Assembly: GCA_934167825.1 (NCBI GenBank)
Contig: CAKPLY010000001.1
Location: forward strand, 70,850 to 134,849
From: an uncultured Bacilli bacterium
Lineage (GTDB): Bacteria > Bacillota_I > Bacilli_A > RF39 > UBA660
Length of the DNA: 64,000 nucleotides
Direction of reading: 5' to 3'
A program made the position numbers and the translations under genes. The notes below the pieces were generated by a model. The model did not search any database and had not been told where the DNA came from. It saw nothing but the letters and a program-made list of their open reading frames with translations. Below are positions 36,137-47,905 of this stretch, piece after piece (position 1 is the first letter of the stretch; the number at the start of each line of letters is the position of its first letter).

Positions 36137-37620
36137 CTATTTTTTTAATACATATTTCTTTGAATTGTTAACTGTTTCTTTGGTAATTTCTACAATGTCA
36201 TTTTCATATGCACCATTAATGTTAAATATTATATCACTAAACATTTCATTGATAATTGAATCTATTGCTCTTGCACCAATTTTTTTAGATATAGCTTTTT
36301 TTGCTATTTCTTCGGCAATTGCATCTCTTGTTTCTTCGATACATTTAACATTTAATTTCTTTAAAAGTTCAATTTTATTTAAATATGTACTTTTATTTGG
36401 ATTTAATATTATTTTCTTTAAATCTTCAATAGATAGATCATTTAATTTTACTATTTTTCCCATTCTCCCTATAAGTTCAGGAGTAAATCCTAGTTTTTCT
36501 ATTATGTCTATTTGATTAATTATATCAACTTTTTCTTCGGTATCTTTAATATTGTTATTAAATCCAAGTTGTTTATTTACTTTCTTTGTTAATATATCAC
36601 TGCATGCACCTACTCCAACAAATGTAATGTTTTTAGTATTAATCATTATCTTACCATTAAAATGGTCAAGTTCAATACCAAATGTTCCGTCTTCGACAAT
36701 TTTTAACAATTCGTTTTGTACACTCATTGTTGCAATAAAACCTTCTTTACCTGTTTTTAATCCAATTTTATCAAATTCATCTAATATTACTATTGCTTTT
36801 TCTGCTTTTGCAACATCTTTGTTAGTTAGTGTTAACAAATCTTTTAGAATATCATCTGTATTTCTTCCTACGTAACCAGCTTGTGACATTCCTGTAACGC
36901 TAGTCATTAATAGTGGAACATCAAGTAGTTTAGAAAGTTGCCTAAATATTTCTGTTTTACCACTACCAGAAGGGCCTAGTACAATCATATTGGACTTATT
37001 TTCACCTGCATAGTTTTCCCATACTGTTGTTACAATTTCTTTTATTGCATCATCTTGTCCAACGATTGTCTTTGTAAGTTCGTTATATAGATATTTTGGA
37101 GTTATGGCAACGTTGTTTCTTTTTCTTGTTTCTGTATCCTGTTTGTTTATTTCTTGAGATTCTTCTTCATTAGATTCCATATCGTTTTCTAATTTGGTTT
37201 TTATATCATCGAAACAAACGTCATAAAGCATATAAATTCTGTCTATTAAATCTTTATCATAAACTATTTCATCTTTATTTAATTTCTCATTGTATCTTTT
37301 TAAATAATTTTCATCATCACGTTCTTCTACCATATAATCATAATCGCTGTATTCATCATATATGATTTCTTTTATTTCATTTAAAGATTTATCTGGATAT
37401 TTGTTTATTGCGTCAACGATATCTTGCCTATGTGCAAAACCTTTGCCGCAAGTTTTATCAATTATGTGTGAGTATTCATATAAATTTTCGTCAATAAACT
37501 TATCTTCATCATATGAAAATGTGCCTGTTACTACATCACAAGGTTTATAAATTGGAGTTCCTCCTTTTTCTTTGATAGGCTCAAATATCACCGCTATTTC
37601 ATCTTTTTTAAACTCAACCA

Positions 37621-37621
<1 letters not shown>
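36137..37621 (-). CDS. ClpX-like AAA+ unfoldase with a non-canonical ~170-aa N-terminal domain (no zinc-finger)
   Basis: The C-terminal ~320 aa align by eye to ClpX: GPSGSGKTE Walker A, AGYVGRN pore loop, ILDEFDKI Walker B, LGF at the IGF-loop position, GARAIDSIINEM. The N-terminus lacks the CxxC pairs of the ClpX ZBD. Confidence 0.75.
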
Positions 37622-38736
<1,115 letters not shown>

Positions 38737-38862
38737 TTAATTTGCCTCCTAAATAACATATATTTATTATAGCAAATAAAAGATAAAGTATCAAGAAATA
38801 TATTAATGAACTAATTATATTTATGTGAATTTTAATAGTTTTTTAACTTTTTTATATTTGTT

Positions 38863-41800
38863 TTAATTTAAACTATTTAGTTTACAGTCTATTATAGAGT
38901 ACAAGTATATTCTTACTTTTTTGCTTGATATATTTTCTATGTAATTTTTATAACCATTTAATTGTTTAATGTATGCTTCATCAAGTGTATTTTTTAGTTT
39001 ATAGTCAACGATATCTATATATTCTTTGTGTTCTAGCATCAAGTCAATTATTCCATGGTATGATGTGTTGTCTAATTTATAAATAAACTCATATTCTTTA
39101 TAGATTTTTGTATCATCATCTATTTGTAGTTGTTCAAGTAATTTATCTATTTTTTCTTTTATAAATTTATCTTTGATGGAATTTGTATCTTTAGTTTTAA
39201 AATCAGTTATTTCTAGTAATTCATGTACTTTTGTACCAAATTTCATATTGGCAGTTTCTTCTTTTGTGTGTAGTTTATTGGTATTTTTAGAAAAAACTGC
39301 TTCATTCACTAATTCACTTGAAATACTTATTTCATTTACTTTTAATGTACTAATACCTTTTTTAATATAACTATCTATATTAAAACTTTTGATTTTATTA
39401 TAATCTTTTGTTAATGGTAAGTTTTCTATATCGATATTTTTATAATAGGCTTTTATGTAGTTTTCAATTGAATAGAAGATGCTTGCAAAGGATTTATATT
39501 TTTTTCTTACGTTTTTATCAATGATTACAGAGTTTTTGTTATATATTTCTTTATTGCTTTTTGGTAATATCATTATCATTTTTTCTTTAGCACGTGTTAA
39601 TGCTACATAGAATAATCTTATTTTTTCGCTTACTTCTTCATATGTGTATTTGTTTTTTAATAAATATGTATATATAGTTTTACCTACTCCTTCATCAAAG
39701 TATGGTGTTATTATTCCAAAATCTTTATCGTAGTTAAATTTTTCTTTGATTTCTGTTAGATTGAATGGCTTATATAACAATGGAAAATAACATATATGAT
39801 ACTCTAATCCTTTGCTTTTATGAATTGTCATTATTTTAACAGCATCACCATCTGTAATATTTGCAGTATAAGTCATCATGTAATCGTTTTCTATTATTTC
39901 TTTTAGGTAATCACTGAATTTATATATATCATATCCTATGTCACTTAAGTTACTTGATATTTCTTTTAGTTTATCTAGTTTGCTTAAACTTTTATTAATA
40001 TTTCCAATTCTAAACAAAGACTCTATAAAGTTGAATTTTTCTATAATTATATTTAATAGTTCATTTATACTAATACTATCTATTTGTTTACTTATTTCAT
40101 AACTTGTTTTATATAAATTACTATCTTTGAAGTTGTTGTTACAGAAATGCTTAAATATTTCATCATCACTTACGTTATATACAAAACTTCTTTCTAGGCT
40201 TGTAAATAAATATTTAAATTCATTATCTATTACGTTTTCTTTAACTTTTATTATAAATGATATTAAGTTTTTTAATACTAAAATATCGTTGTCTGTATTT
40301 AGTTTTTCATCTTTTAAAATAGATAATGGTATTTGCATATATGTGAATATTTTTTTGAATAAATCAAAGTTAGTTGATCTATCTACTAGAATTACAATAT
40401 CACTATATTTTATGTCTCTTACTATTAAGTCATCTTTATCAAATACTTTATATTTGTTTTCTATTTTTTCTTTGATATCTTTAGCAATTGTAAATATTTC
40501 TATTTCTTCTTTACTAAATCCTAAATCTTTAGAGTGGTCATACTCTAGTACTTCGAAGTTATTGTTTTGTTCTGTTTTTCCTTCGTTTATATAAGTATTG
40601 TTTCCAAAGACCATTTGGTGAGATAAGGTATAGTTACATCCTCCAATATCATCATCCATTATTAGATTAAATATAGTATTAATATTATCTAATACTTCCA
40701 TTCTGCTTCGAAAGTTTTTAAGTAAGTCAATCTTTATACCACCTATGTTTTTACTGTAGTTATCATATTTGTTCTTAAAAATATATGGATTGGCATTTCT
40801 AAAACGATATATTGATTGTTTTATGTCTCCAACCATATATACATTATTATTTTCTATTCTATTTATAAATGCCTCTTGTAGATCTGAAGTATCTTGGTAC
40901 TCGTCAATCATTATCTCTTTGAATAATGATTTTAGTTCGTTTTTTACTTCTTCGTTTCCTACGATATCAATTGCCATTATTGCAATATCATTAAATTCAT
41001 AGACATCTAGGCTATCTTTATATTTTTTTATTTCATTAGAAAACTTTAAAATTATTTCTATTATAATACTTACATAATCTTTAGTTTGCATGATAGAATT
41101 ATAAATATCTTGTTCATCTAGATATATGCACATATCATTTATCTCAGTTATTTTGTCTTTTAGATTATCCTTTTCTCTTTTGGCATCGTCACTACTTCCT
41201 CTTGGCATTCTTGGTAGTGTTATGCAAGAATTGTTCTTTATATTTATGTAAGTATCACTACTTAGTAGCGGTGCCAAAACTTCATTAACACTATTTAAGT
41301 AGTCACTTTCAACATATACACCTAAATCTTCGATATAACTATTTAAAACTTCGATATTTTCTTTGATTAATGCGACAAAACTGTTTATATCATTTTTTAT
41401 CTTTGTGTTGTTATAATTATTTTCTATGTAGTTTTCTAAATATGTAGTTTTATCTATTCTTAAATCTAATTTATTATTTATTTCAAGTATTGCTTCTTTG
41501 ATTATTTTATCATCTTTTACACAAAAGTCATTAATTAGTTTTAGAAATCTTGGATCGTTATTTAAGTAATATGTATCTATAATATTATCTAATAGTTCTT
41601 TCTTCTTCATTTCAATTACAGATGACTCTATAATGGATAAAGATTTGCTTACATTAAGCAAATAATGATATTTTTTTACAATGCTCATTGCAAAACTATC
41701 AAATGTTGTAATGTAAGCAGAATCTATTAAATCTAACTCCTCCGCTAACGACGCCGTCTGCTTTATTTTCTTTCTTATTCTTTCTTTCATCTCTAAAGCA

Positions 41801-41976
41801 GCGGCTTTCGTAAATGTTAATATTAGCAGTTCGTTTATGTGAACACCGCTTTTTAATTTCTCTAAAACACGTTCACTTAGAACTGCGGTTTTGCCACTTC
41901 CTGCGCCCGCAGAAACTATAATATTAGAATTTGATTTGTATATTGCATCAGTTTGTTCTTTTGTCCATGATGGCAT
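38863..41976 (-). CDS. addA: UvrD-type helicase with a C-terminal PD-(D/E)xK nuclease (AddA-like)
   Basis: WTKEQTDAIY...VSAGAGSGKTAVLSERV, TFTKAAALEM, IDEYQDTS, and C-terminal GIIDLM...IVDYKL. ATG 41976 (AGGGAG SD) is preferred over 42039. Confidence 0.8.
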   Translation of the reverse strand: MPSWTKEQTDAIYKSNSNIIVSAGAGSGKTAVLSERVLEKLKSGVHINELLILTFTKAAALEMKERIRKKIKQTASLAEELDLIDSAYITTFDSFAMSIVKKYHYLLNVSKSLSIIESSVIEMKKKELLDNIIDTYYLNNDPRFLKLINDFCVKDDKIIKEAILEINNKLDLRIDKTTYLENYIENNYNNTKIKNDINSFVALIKENIEVLNSYIEDLGVYVESDYLNSVNEVLAPLLSSDTYINIKNNSCITLPRMPRGSSDDAKREKDNLKDKITEINDMCIYLDEQDIYNSIMQTKDYVSIIIEIILKFSNEIKKYKDSLDVYEFNDIAIMAIDIVGNEEVKNELKSLFKEIMIDEYQDTSDLQEAFINRIENNNVYMVGDIKQSIYRFRNANPYIFKNKYDNYSKNIGGIKIDLLKNFRSRMEVLDNINTIFNLIMDDDIGGCNYTLSHQMVFGNNTYINEGKTEQNNNFEVLEYDHSKDLGFSKEEIEIFTIAKDIKEKIENKYKVFDKDDLIVRDIKYSDIVILVDRSTNFDLFKKIFTYMQIPLSILKDEKLNTDNDILVLKNLISFIIKVKENVIDNEFKYLFTSLERSFVYNVSDDEIFKHFCNNNFKDSNLYKTSYEISKQIDSISINELLNIIIEKFNFIESLFRIGNINKSLSKLDKLKEISSNLSDIGYDIYKFSDYLKEIIENDYMMTYTANITDGDAVKIMTIHKSKGLEYHICYFPLLYKPFNLTEIKEKFNYDKDFGIITPYFDEGVGKTIYTYLLKNKYTYEEVSEKIRLFYVALTRAKEKMIMILPKSNKEIYNKNSVIIDKNVRKKYKSFASIFYSIENYIKAYYKNIDIENLPLTKDYNKIKSFNIDSYIKKGISTLKVNEISISSELVNEAVFSKNTNKLHTKEETANMKFGTKVHELLEITDFKTKDTNSIKDKFIKEKIDKLLEQLQIDDDTKIYKEYEFIYKLDNTSYHGIIDLMLEHKEYIDIVDYKLKNTLDEAYIKQLNGYKNYIENISSKKVRIYLYSIIDCKLNSLN

Positions 41977-42574
41977 AATTATCACACTCCCTATCTTATT
42001 TTTCTGCGAATAAAAGTATTTTTTGTTACTCACAGGCATGAATTCCGGTGGTAGCCACCGTACTTAAGTTATTCTAAAATTATTTTCTTATCTTTCTTTC
42101 TCTCTATTTATGTTTCATCTTTATTAATAACACATTATTACAACATAATAATATCATACACCAAAACATATGTCAATATTTTGTAAACAATCGTTTGTAT
42201 ATTTTTTTCTTGCTTTTTTGTTGTAACACGCGTATTTTTATAATGTATTTCTTATAAAAATATTACTACATTATATTACTTTTTATTTATACTTGACTTA
42301 TTAATTTTTGTAGTTATTTAATTTTACCAAATTTTATAGTTTTTTTCTATTTTTTTCTTTTATATATTTTTTTCTTTATATAGTTTTTTTAGTTTTTACT
42401 TAATATTTCATTTCATAGATAATCATTCCTTTCTTTAATATGATTTTAGTATAATCTACTATAATGTTTTGTTTTATTAACAAAGATTTTTGAAGAACAA
42501 TTATTTTATCATTAATTATTGTTGTAATTTAGATATATTTTTTATATTAATGATTTTACTTATTATTTTGTCCT

Positions 42575-42624
42575 TCATAATATATATTCCATATTGAAAA
42601 TCATTTTAGCGAAAAAAAGTGAAA
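42575..42624 (-). promoter_or_regulatory. 50-nt conserved promoter-like element, copy B
   Basis: Its reverse complement TTTCACTTTTTTTCGCTAAAATGATTTTCAATATGGAATATATATTATGA is 48/50 identical to 11423-11472. It lies in an ORF-free gap. Confidence 0.6.
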
Positions 42625-42901
42625 TTTTTTTATTTTTTTGATATATTTTTTTGTTTTTTTGTAAAATACTGTAAATATCTGGTATTTTTTGTGAATTTTA
42701 AGTTGTTACTACATTTTATTTGCACTTAAATATTAAAGACCTATATAAAAATATATAAGTCTTTACTTGTTAATCTATAAATCTATTGATAAGATATATT
42801 ATTATGATGGTTCTAGATAGTCTTTCAATTACGTTATTCGTTAATTAATTTATATCAATAAAATTACTAGTATTTTTTTGTTTAATACTTTATTATTTAT
42901 C

Positions 42902-43669
42902 TTAATACTTTGTTATAAAGTTTATTATGTCTTCGATATTTATTTTACTTATTATCAGTATTATTGCAGCGATACTTAGGAATGGTCCAAAAGGTATCAT
43001 GTTATCGCTTCTTTTAAATAATACATATAATGCAATAGGAAATGCTATAAATGTTGCAAAAAATATTGTTACTATACTCATTGGAAGTCCTAGTACTAAG
43101 CCACATAAAAACATCAGTTTTATGTCTCCTCCTCCTAGAGACTCTCTTTTAAAGATTGTGTCTCCAAGAAACTTAATTAAAAGCATAATTATAAAAGCAA
43201 TACTTCCCCATAATATACTTTTTAGTGTATAAGTAAGACCAAAGAAAATAAAATCAAATATTACTATTAATATGATTGAGGTTGTTAGCACTTCATCTAA
43301 GATTATCATATATTCTATGTCAGATATGATAACGATAATTAAGGATGATATAAATATTAAGTTTATTAGTAATTCAGGAGTAAATTTAAATACTCTATAG
43401 CATACTGAGAAAAGGGATGCTGTAACTACTTCGACAATTAGGTAACTGATTGGAAGTCTTTGATGGCAACATCTACTTTTACCTCCTTGGATGATATAAG
43501 ATACTATTGGTATTAGTTCGTACCATTTTAGTCGTTTATGACAAATATGGCAATGGCTAGCTGGTTTTATACATGATTCGTTATTAGATAATCTTGTTGC
43601 TAGAACGTGATAGAAACTTCCCATTACTGCACCTAATACGAAGAATAAAATTCTAAAATATAATTGCAT
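42902..43669 (-). CDS. prepilin peptidase (A24 family, PilD/ComC)
   Basis: N-terminal CHICHKRLKWYELIP...CCHQRL cysteine motif, polytopic, GGGDIKLM aspartyl-protease motif. Confidence 0.85.
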   Translation of the reverse strand: MQLYFRILFFVLGAVMGSFYHVLATRLSNNESCIKPASHCHICHKRLKWYELIPIVSYIIQGGKSRCCHQRLPISYLIVEVVTASLFSVCYRVFKFTPELLINLIFISSLIIVIISDIEYMIILDEVLTTSIILIVIFDFIFFGLTYTLKSILWGSIAFIIMLLIKFLGDTIFKRESLGGGDIKLMFLCGLVLGLPMSIVTIFFATFIAFPIALYVLFKRSDNMIPFGPFLSIAAIILIISKINIEDIINFITKY

Positions 43670-43683
43670 TTTTCTTTCCCCCT

Positions 43684-44961
43684 TTACATAACGTTTGAGT
43701 ATATATTAAACATTGGTATTACTATTGATAAGACTATTATTCCAACTACTCCTGCTAAAAATATTATCATTACTGGTTCTATTAGACTTTTTAGTTGGGT
43801 TACTAAGTTTTTTTGTTCGTTTTCGTAATAACTTGTTACTGTTTCCATCATTGGTCCCATTCTACCTGTTCTTTCGCCAGTTAGTAACATTTCGTATGCG
43901 GTATCTGGAAATGCCCATTGATTTTTGAATGCTACTGCAAGTCCATTTCCGTCTGCTAGATTTTTAAGTGCGTTATTTATTATTATTTTATATATTTCGT
44001 TATTACTTATTTGTTTTAATATTTCCATACTATCTGTTATAAAGACACCATGATTGATTAGGGATGCGAAAGTTTTAGTAAACATTATTAATTCTTTATA
44101 GATAACTATATTTTTTACTACGGGTATATGCATAATGACATATTGCATACCATATCTTATTTTACTTGATGATTTATACATTATTGTAAGAAGTAATATT
44201 AAGACTACAAGACCTCCAAAAACTACTAAATAATACGTGTTAAAGAAATCACTTATATTCATTATTGCTTTAGTGATTGTGGGCAAATCAGATCCTAACT
44301 GGTTATATATTCCTTGAAACTGTGGAACTACGTATAGCATAATGAATGTTAAGATAGCAATTGATGCAATAAGTACGATGCTAGGATAAGTCATAGCACT
44401 TATTATTTGCTTTCTATTTTCATCACTTGTTTTATAGTATGATGCCATATCGTCTAGATTTTCTGTTAAGTTACCTGTAAGTTCACTAGTTTTTAACATG
44501 TTTATTAATAGTTTTGGAAAGATATTTCCTTGTTTTTCTAGTGCTTGACTAAAGTTTAGCCCTTTATTTAATTCATATACTATTTTTTTATATAAGTTTT
44601 TATCTTTCTTTTTCTTGGCTTGTTTGCTTAATATTACTACGGAATCAGTTAGTGGTATACCTGCTTTTATGTAAGTAGACAATTGGGTTAGGAAAAATGC
44701 TAATTCTTTATAACTAAATTTTTTTGTTCTGGCATTACCAAGTCCTAGTTGCTTAGAGAATTTGTCTTCTTTTATTTCTACAACGTTAAGACCTTGGGAA
44801 ATAAGGAAGGATTCTACTTCTACTTTGCTTGGTGCATCAAAGTAATCTACAGTTAATTTTCCTGTATCATCTTTAACTGTGTACTTATATCTATTTAGTT
44901 TTACTTTTTCGTTATTACCAATATTTTCAATGATTTCTTGTTTTTTATTAACATCGTTCAT
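43684..44961 (-). CDS. type II secretion / type IV pilus platform protein (GspF/PilC/ComGB family)
   Basis: 425 aa with duplicated T2SSF-type repeats (FSQALEKQGNIFPKLLINMLKTSELTG and AFKNQWAFPDTAYEMLLTGERTG) and TM helices. Confidence 0.85.
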   Translation of the reverse strand: MNDVNKKQEIIENIGNNEKVKLNRYKYTVKDDTGKLTVDYFDAPSKVEVESFLISQGLNVVEIKEDKFSKQLGLGNARTKKFSYKELAFFLTQLSTYIKAGIPLTDSVVILSKQAKKKKDKNLYKKIVYELNKGLNFSQALEKQGNIFPKLLINMLKTSELTGNLTENLDDMASYYKTSDENRKQIISAMTYPSIVLIASIAILTFIMLYVVPQFQGIYNQLGSDLPTITKAIMNISDFFNTYYLVVFGGLVVLILLLTIMYKSSSKIRYGMQYVIMHIPVVKNIVIYKELIMFTKTFASLINHGVFITDSMEILKQISNNEIYKIIINNALKNLADGNGLAVAFKNQWAFPDTAYEMLLTGERTGRMGPMMETVTSYYENEQKNLVTQLKSLIEPVMIIFLAGVVGIIVLSIVIPMFNIYSNVM

Positions 44962-45093
44962 AATATTAACACCCTTATATATCTTTCTTATCTAATATAT
45001 ATTTTATCAAATAATTGATGTTTTGTCTATAAATTTAGAATAAGATTAAGAAAAAATACCTTACTTGAAATTATAGTAAGATATTTCTTATTT

Positions 45094-46074
45094 TTATGCA
45101 TTTTCAATTAAGTTAGTGATTAAATCTTTATAACTTATTCCATCATATTTTAATAGTTCTGGATACATGCTTGTTTTTGTAAATCCTGGTAGTGTGTTTA
45201 CTTCGATTAGATATACTTTATTATTTACTTCATCATATAAGAAGTCTATTCTTGATATTTGTTTGATATCTAATATTTTAACTACTGTTTTTATATAAGA
45301 GTGAATTTCTTGTTCAACACTACTAGGTATTGTACTTGGAATATAAGTGTTTCCTGCATTTACGTATTTTGAATCATAGTCATAGAATTCACTATTATAA
45401 GTAATTTCTCCAACTTTTGTTATATGTAAATTACTATTATCAATTAATACTGCACACTCTAATTCTCTTGCTTTTATAAATTTTTCTACTAGAAGTTTAT
45501 TAGAGAATTTGTAAGCATAATTTATGTTTTTTACTAATTCTTCTTTGTTCTTGCAGATATTTATTCCTATTGAGCTACCTGAGTCTACTGGTTTTACAAT
45601 GACTGGGTAACTAAATGGAAGTGCAATATTTTCTATGTCATCATTTTTTCTTACTACGATATATGGTGCGACAGGTATATTATATTTGCTACAGATAATT
45701 TTAGTAAATTCTTTTTCTAAACATACACTGTTAGTTAGGGTATTACTTCCTACATATTTTATATCAAATAATTCAAAGAATCCTTGAATTTTTCCATCTT
45801 CGCCAGTGTTACCGTGGATTATTGGAAATACTACATCGATACTTTGTAAGAATGATACTATATTATCTATTTTTTCTATTTTTGCATTTGACCAGTTTTC
45901 TATTTTTGCTATTTCATCTTGATAATAATACCATATGTTATCTTTAGATATGACAACCGGTATTACATCGTATTTATCTTTATCTATATTTGAAAGGATA
46001 CTTCCTGCGGATTTACAGGAAATTAAGTGTTCACTTGAATTACCCCCGAATAAGATAACTACCTTTTTTTTCAT
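45094..46074 (-). CDS. ddl: D-alanine--D-alanine ligase
   Basis: VVILFGGNSSEHLIS, PIIHGNTGEDGKIQG, VIVKPVDSGSSIG, EVNTLPGFT. ATG 46074 after AGGTGA. Confidence 0.9.
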   Translation of the reverse strand: MKKKVVILFGGNSSEHLISCKSAGSILSNIDKDKYDVIPVVISKDNIWYYYQDEIAKIENWSNAKIEKIDNIVSFLQSIDVVFPIIHGNTGEDGKIQGFFELFDIKYVGSNTLTNSVCLEKEFTKIICSKYNIPVAPYIVVRKNDDIENIALPFSYPVIVKPVDSGSSIGINICKNKEELVKNINYAYKFSNKLLVEKFIKARELECAVLIDNSNLHITKVGEITYNSEFYDYDSKYVNAGNTYIPSTIPSSVEQEIHSYIKTVVKILDIKQISRIDFLYDEVNNKVYLIEVNTLPGFTKTSMYPELLKYDGISYKDLITNLIENA

Positions 46075-46110
46075 TTTATTCACCTACTATAGTTATATGA
46101 AAAAAAGAGA

Positions 46111-47355
46111 TTATTTGCTACTTTCTTTCATAACATCTATTGCTTTTCTCATAACCATATCGTATTTATAAACATCAAGTCCACCGATTTCTTTTAGGAA
46201 GTCTTCTTTAGAAATACTATATTTTTTAATTTCTTCTTCGATTTTCTTGTCTACTTCTTCTTCAGTTACAGTAATGTTTTCTTCTTTGATTACTGCTTCA
46301 AGTAAGTAACGATATTTGATTCTTTTACTTGCTTCTTCTTTCATTTCGCCCATGATAGCATCTTTAGTAGTGTTTGCATATTTTAAGTATATTTCTTCAT
46401 TTAGTCCTTGCATTGCAAGTTTATCTAGTAAGTCTTCGTACATTCTTTCTTCTTCAGCGTGTACTAATTCTTCATCTATTTCTACTTCCATGTTTTTTGA
46501 TGCTGTTTCAAGGATTGAGTCGATGTATTTGTTTTCTGCAATTTTCTCTTTTTCGTTTTTGATGTTTTCTTTTAAGAAGTTTTCTAATTCTTCTTTGTTA
46601 GTTACTCCTTCGATATCTAAGTCTTCAAAAAATTCTTTATCAAGTGATGGTATTACTTTTTCTTTTACATCATTAACTTTTACTTTGAATTCTACTTTTT
46701 TACCTTTTAAATCTTCGGCATGATAGTCTTTAGGGAATGTTAATTCTAATGTTTTTTCATCGCCTTTTTTAAGTCCTACTAATCCTTCTTCGAAACCTGG
46801 AATAAAACTATTGCTTCCTATTTCTAGTGAGTAGTTTTCTCCTTTTCCTCCAGGGAATGCTACTTTATCTATAAATCCTTCAAAGTCAATGATTGCAGTG
46901 TCGCCATTTACTATTTTCCCATCTTTTTCTACCATTTCAGCATAGTGTTCTTGTAAATGTTTAATTTCGTGTTCTATTTCTTCTTTTTCTACTTTTACTG
47001 CTTCTTTTTTAACTTTTAAATCTTTATATTTACCTAGTTTAACATTAGATTTTACAATTAAAGTAAAGTTAACTTCTAGAGATTCTTTAGAAATATTAAC
47101 TAAATCTACTTTTGGTTCAACCATAGGTACTTCTTTTTCTTCTTTAATTATATCCATGTATTTTTGACGTACTAGATTATCTGCTGCTTCAAGTAAGATT
47201 TCTTTTTCGCCATATTTTTTCTCAAATATGTTTCTTGGTGCTTTTCCTGGTCTAAATCCGTCGATTTTTGCAGTTTTGTTTAGTTTGTTGAATGCTTTTT
47301 CTTGTTCTTTTTCCCAAATATCCTTTTCTACTTTAAAATTAATTACTTTCTTCAT
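46111..47355 (-). CDS. tig: trigger factor
   Basis: IDGFRPGKAPRNIFEKKYG ribosome-binding motif, and central FKBP-type GFEEGLVG...F. Confidence 0.92.
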   Translation of the reverse strand: MKKVINFKVEKDIWEKEQEKAFNKLNKTAKIDGFRPGKAPRNIFEKKYGEKEILLEAADNLVRQKYMDIIKEEKEVPMVEPKVDLVNISKESLEVNFTLIVKSNVKLGKYKDLKVKKEAVKVEKEEIEHEIKHLQEHYAEMVEKDGKIVNGDTAIIDFEGFIDKVAFPGGKGENYSLEIGSNSFIPGFEEGLVGLKKGDEKTLELTFPKDYHAEDLKGKKVEFKVKVNDVKEKVIPSLDKEFFEDLDIEGVTNKEELENFLKENIKNEKEKIAENKYIDSILETASKNMEVEIDEELVHAEEERMYEDLLDKLAMQGLNEEIYLKYANTTKDAIMGEMKEEASKRIKYRYLLEAVIKEENITVTEEEVDKKIEEEIKKYSISKEDFLKEIGGLDVYKYDMVMRKAIDVMKESSK

Positions 47356-47366
47356 AATATTCTCCC

Positions 47367-47843
47367 TTATAATATATCTACAATTTTAACATTGTATTTT
47401 CCGTTTGGACTTTCTACTGAACAAATGTCGTTTTTCTTGTGTCCCATGATTGCTTTTGCAAGTGGGCTTTCATTAGAAATTTTATTGTTTGAAGGGTCTG
47501 CTTCTTTGCTTCCTACAATTCTATATTCGTCTATTTCGTCATCGTCATCAATATATTCAACTTTTACAGTAACTCCTAAACTTACTTCGTTAGTTGATTT
47601 CTTTTCAATAACGTGTGCTTTTTCTAATAGTTTTTCTAATTCTAGTATACGACCTTCTATTTGTGCTTGCTCATCTCTTGCAGCGTCATAGTCTGCGTTC
47701 TCAGACAAATCTCCTAAGGCTCTTGCATCTTTTAATGCTTTTATTACTTCAGGACGTCTTACATCTTTTAGATGTGCTAGTTCTTCTTCTAATTCTAATA
47801 AACCTTCAGCGGTTAAATAAACTTTCTCTTTATCAGTTTTCAT
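47367..47843 (-). CDS. greA: transcription elongation factor GreA
   Basis: LTAEGLLELEEEL..L...RPEV...ARALGDLSENADYDAARDEQ. ATG 47843 after GAGGTGA. Confidence 0.92.
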   Translation of the reverse strand: MKTDKEKVYLTAEGLLELEEELAHLKDVRRPEVIKALKDARALGDLSENADYDAARDEQAQIEGRILELEKLLEKAHVIEKKSTNEVSLGVTVKVEYIDDDDEIDEYRIVGSKEADPSNNKISNESPLAKAIMGHKKNDICSVESPNGKYNVKIVDIL

Positions 47844-47905
47844 TTTTAATATCACCTCTAACATTTCAAAATTATATTATTTTTTTTAATATTTGTCAAG
47901 ACTAT

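Noticed and set aside
42040-42062. GC-rich mini-hairpin CGGTGG-CTA-CCACCG in the addA 5' UTR, sharing CTACCACCG with a hairpin of the sRNA candidate at ~35101-35117.
   Set aside because: A shared 9-mer in two places is weak evidence and I see no further similarity around it. Noted only as a possible coincidence.
42510-42580. Short ORFs starting at the terminal ATGA of the 50-nt element (MKDKIISKIINIKNISKLQQ at copy B; MRELIIYIFILKEGVKNV at copy A).
   Set aside because: The two peptides are unrelated beyond the start codon and copy A's frame runs through the SD and start of the real gene. The conservation is therefore at the DNA level, not the coding level.
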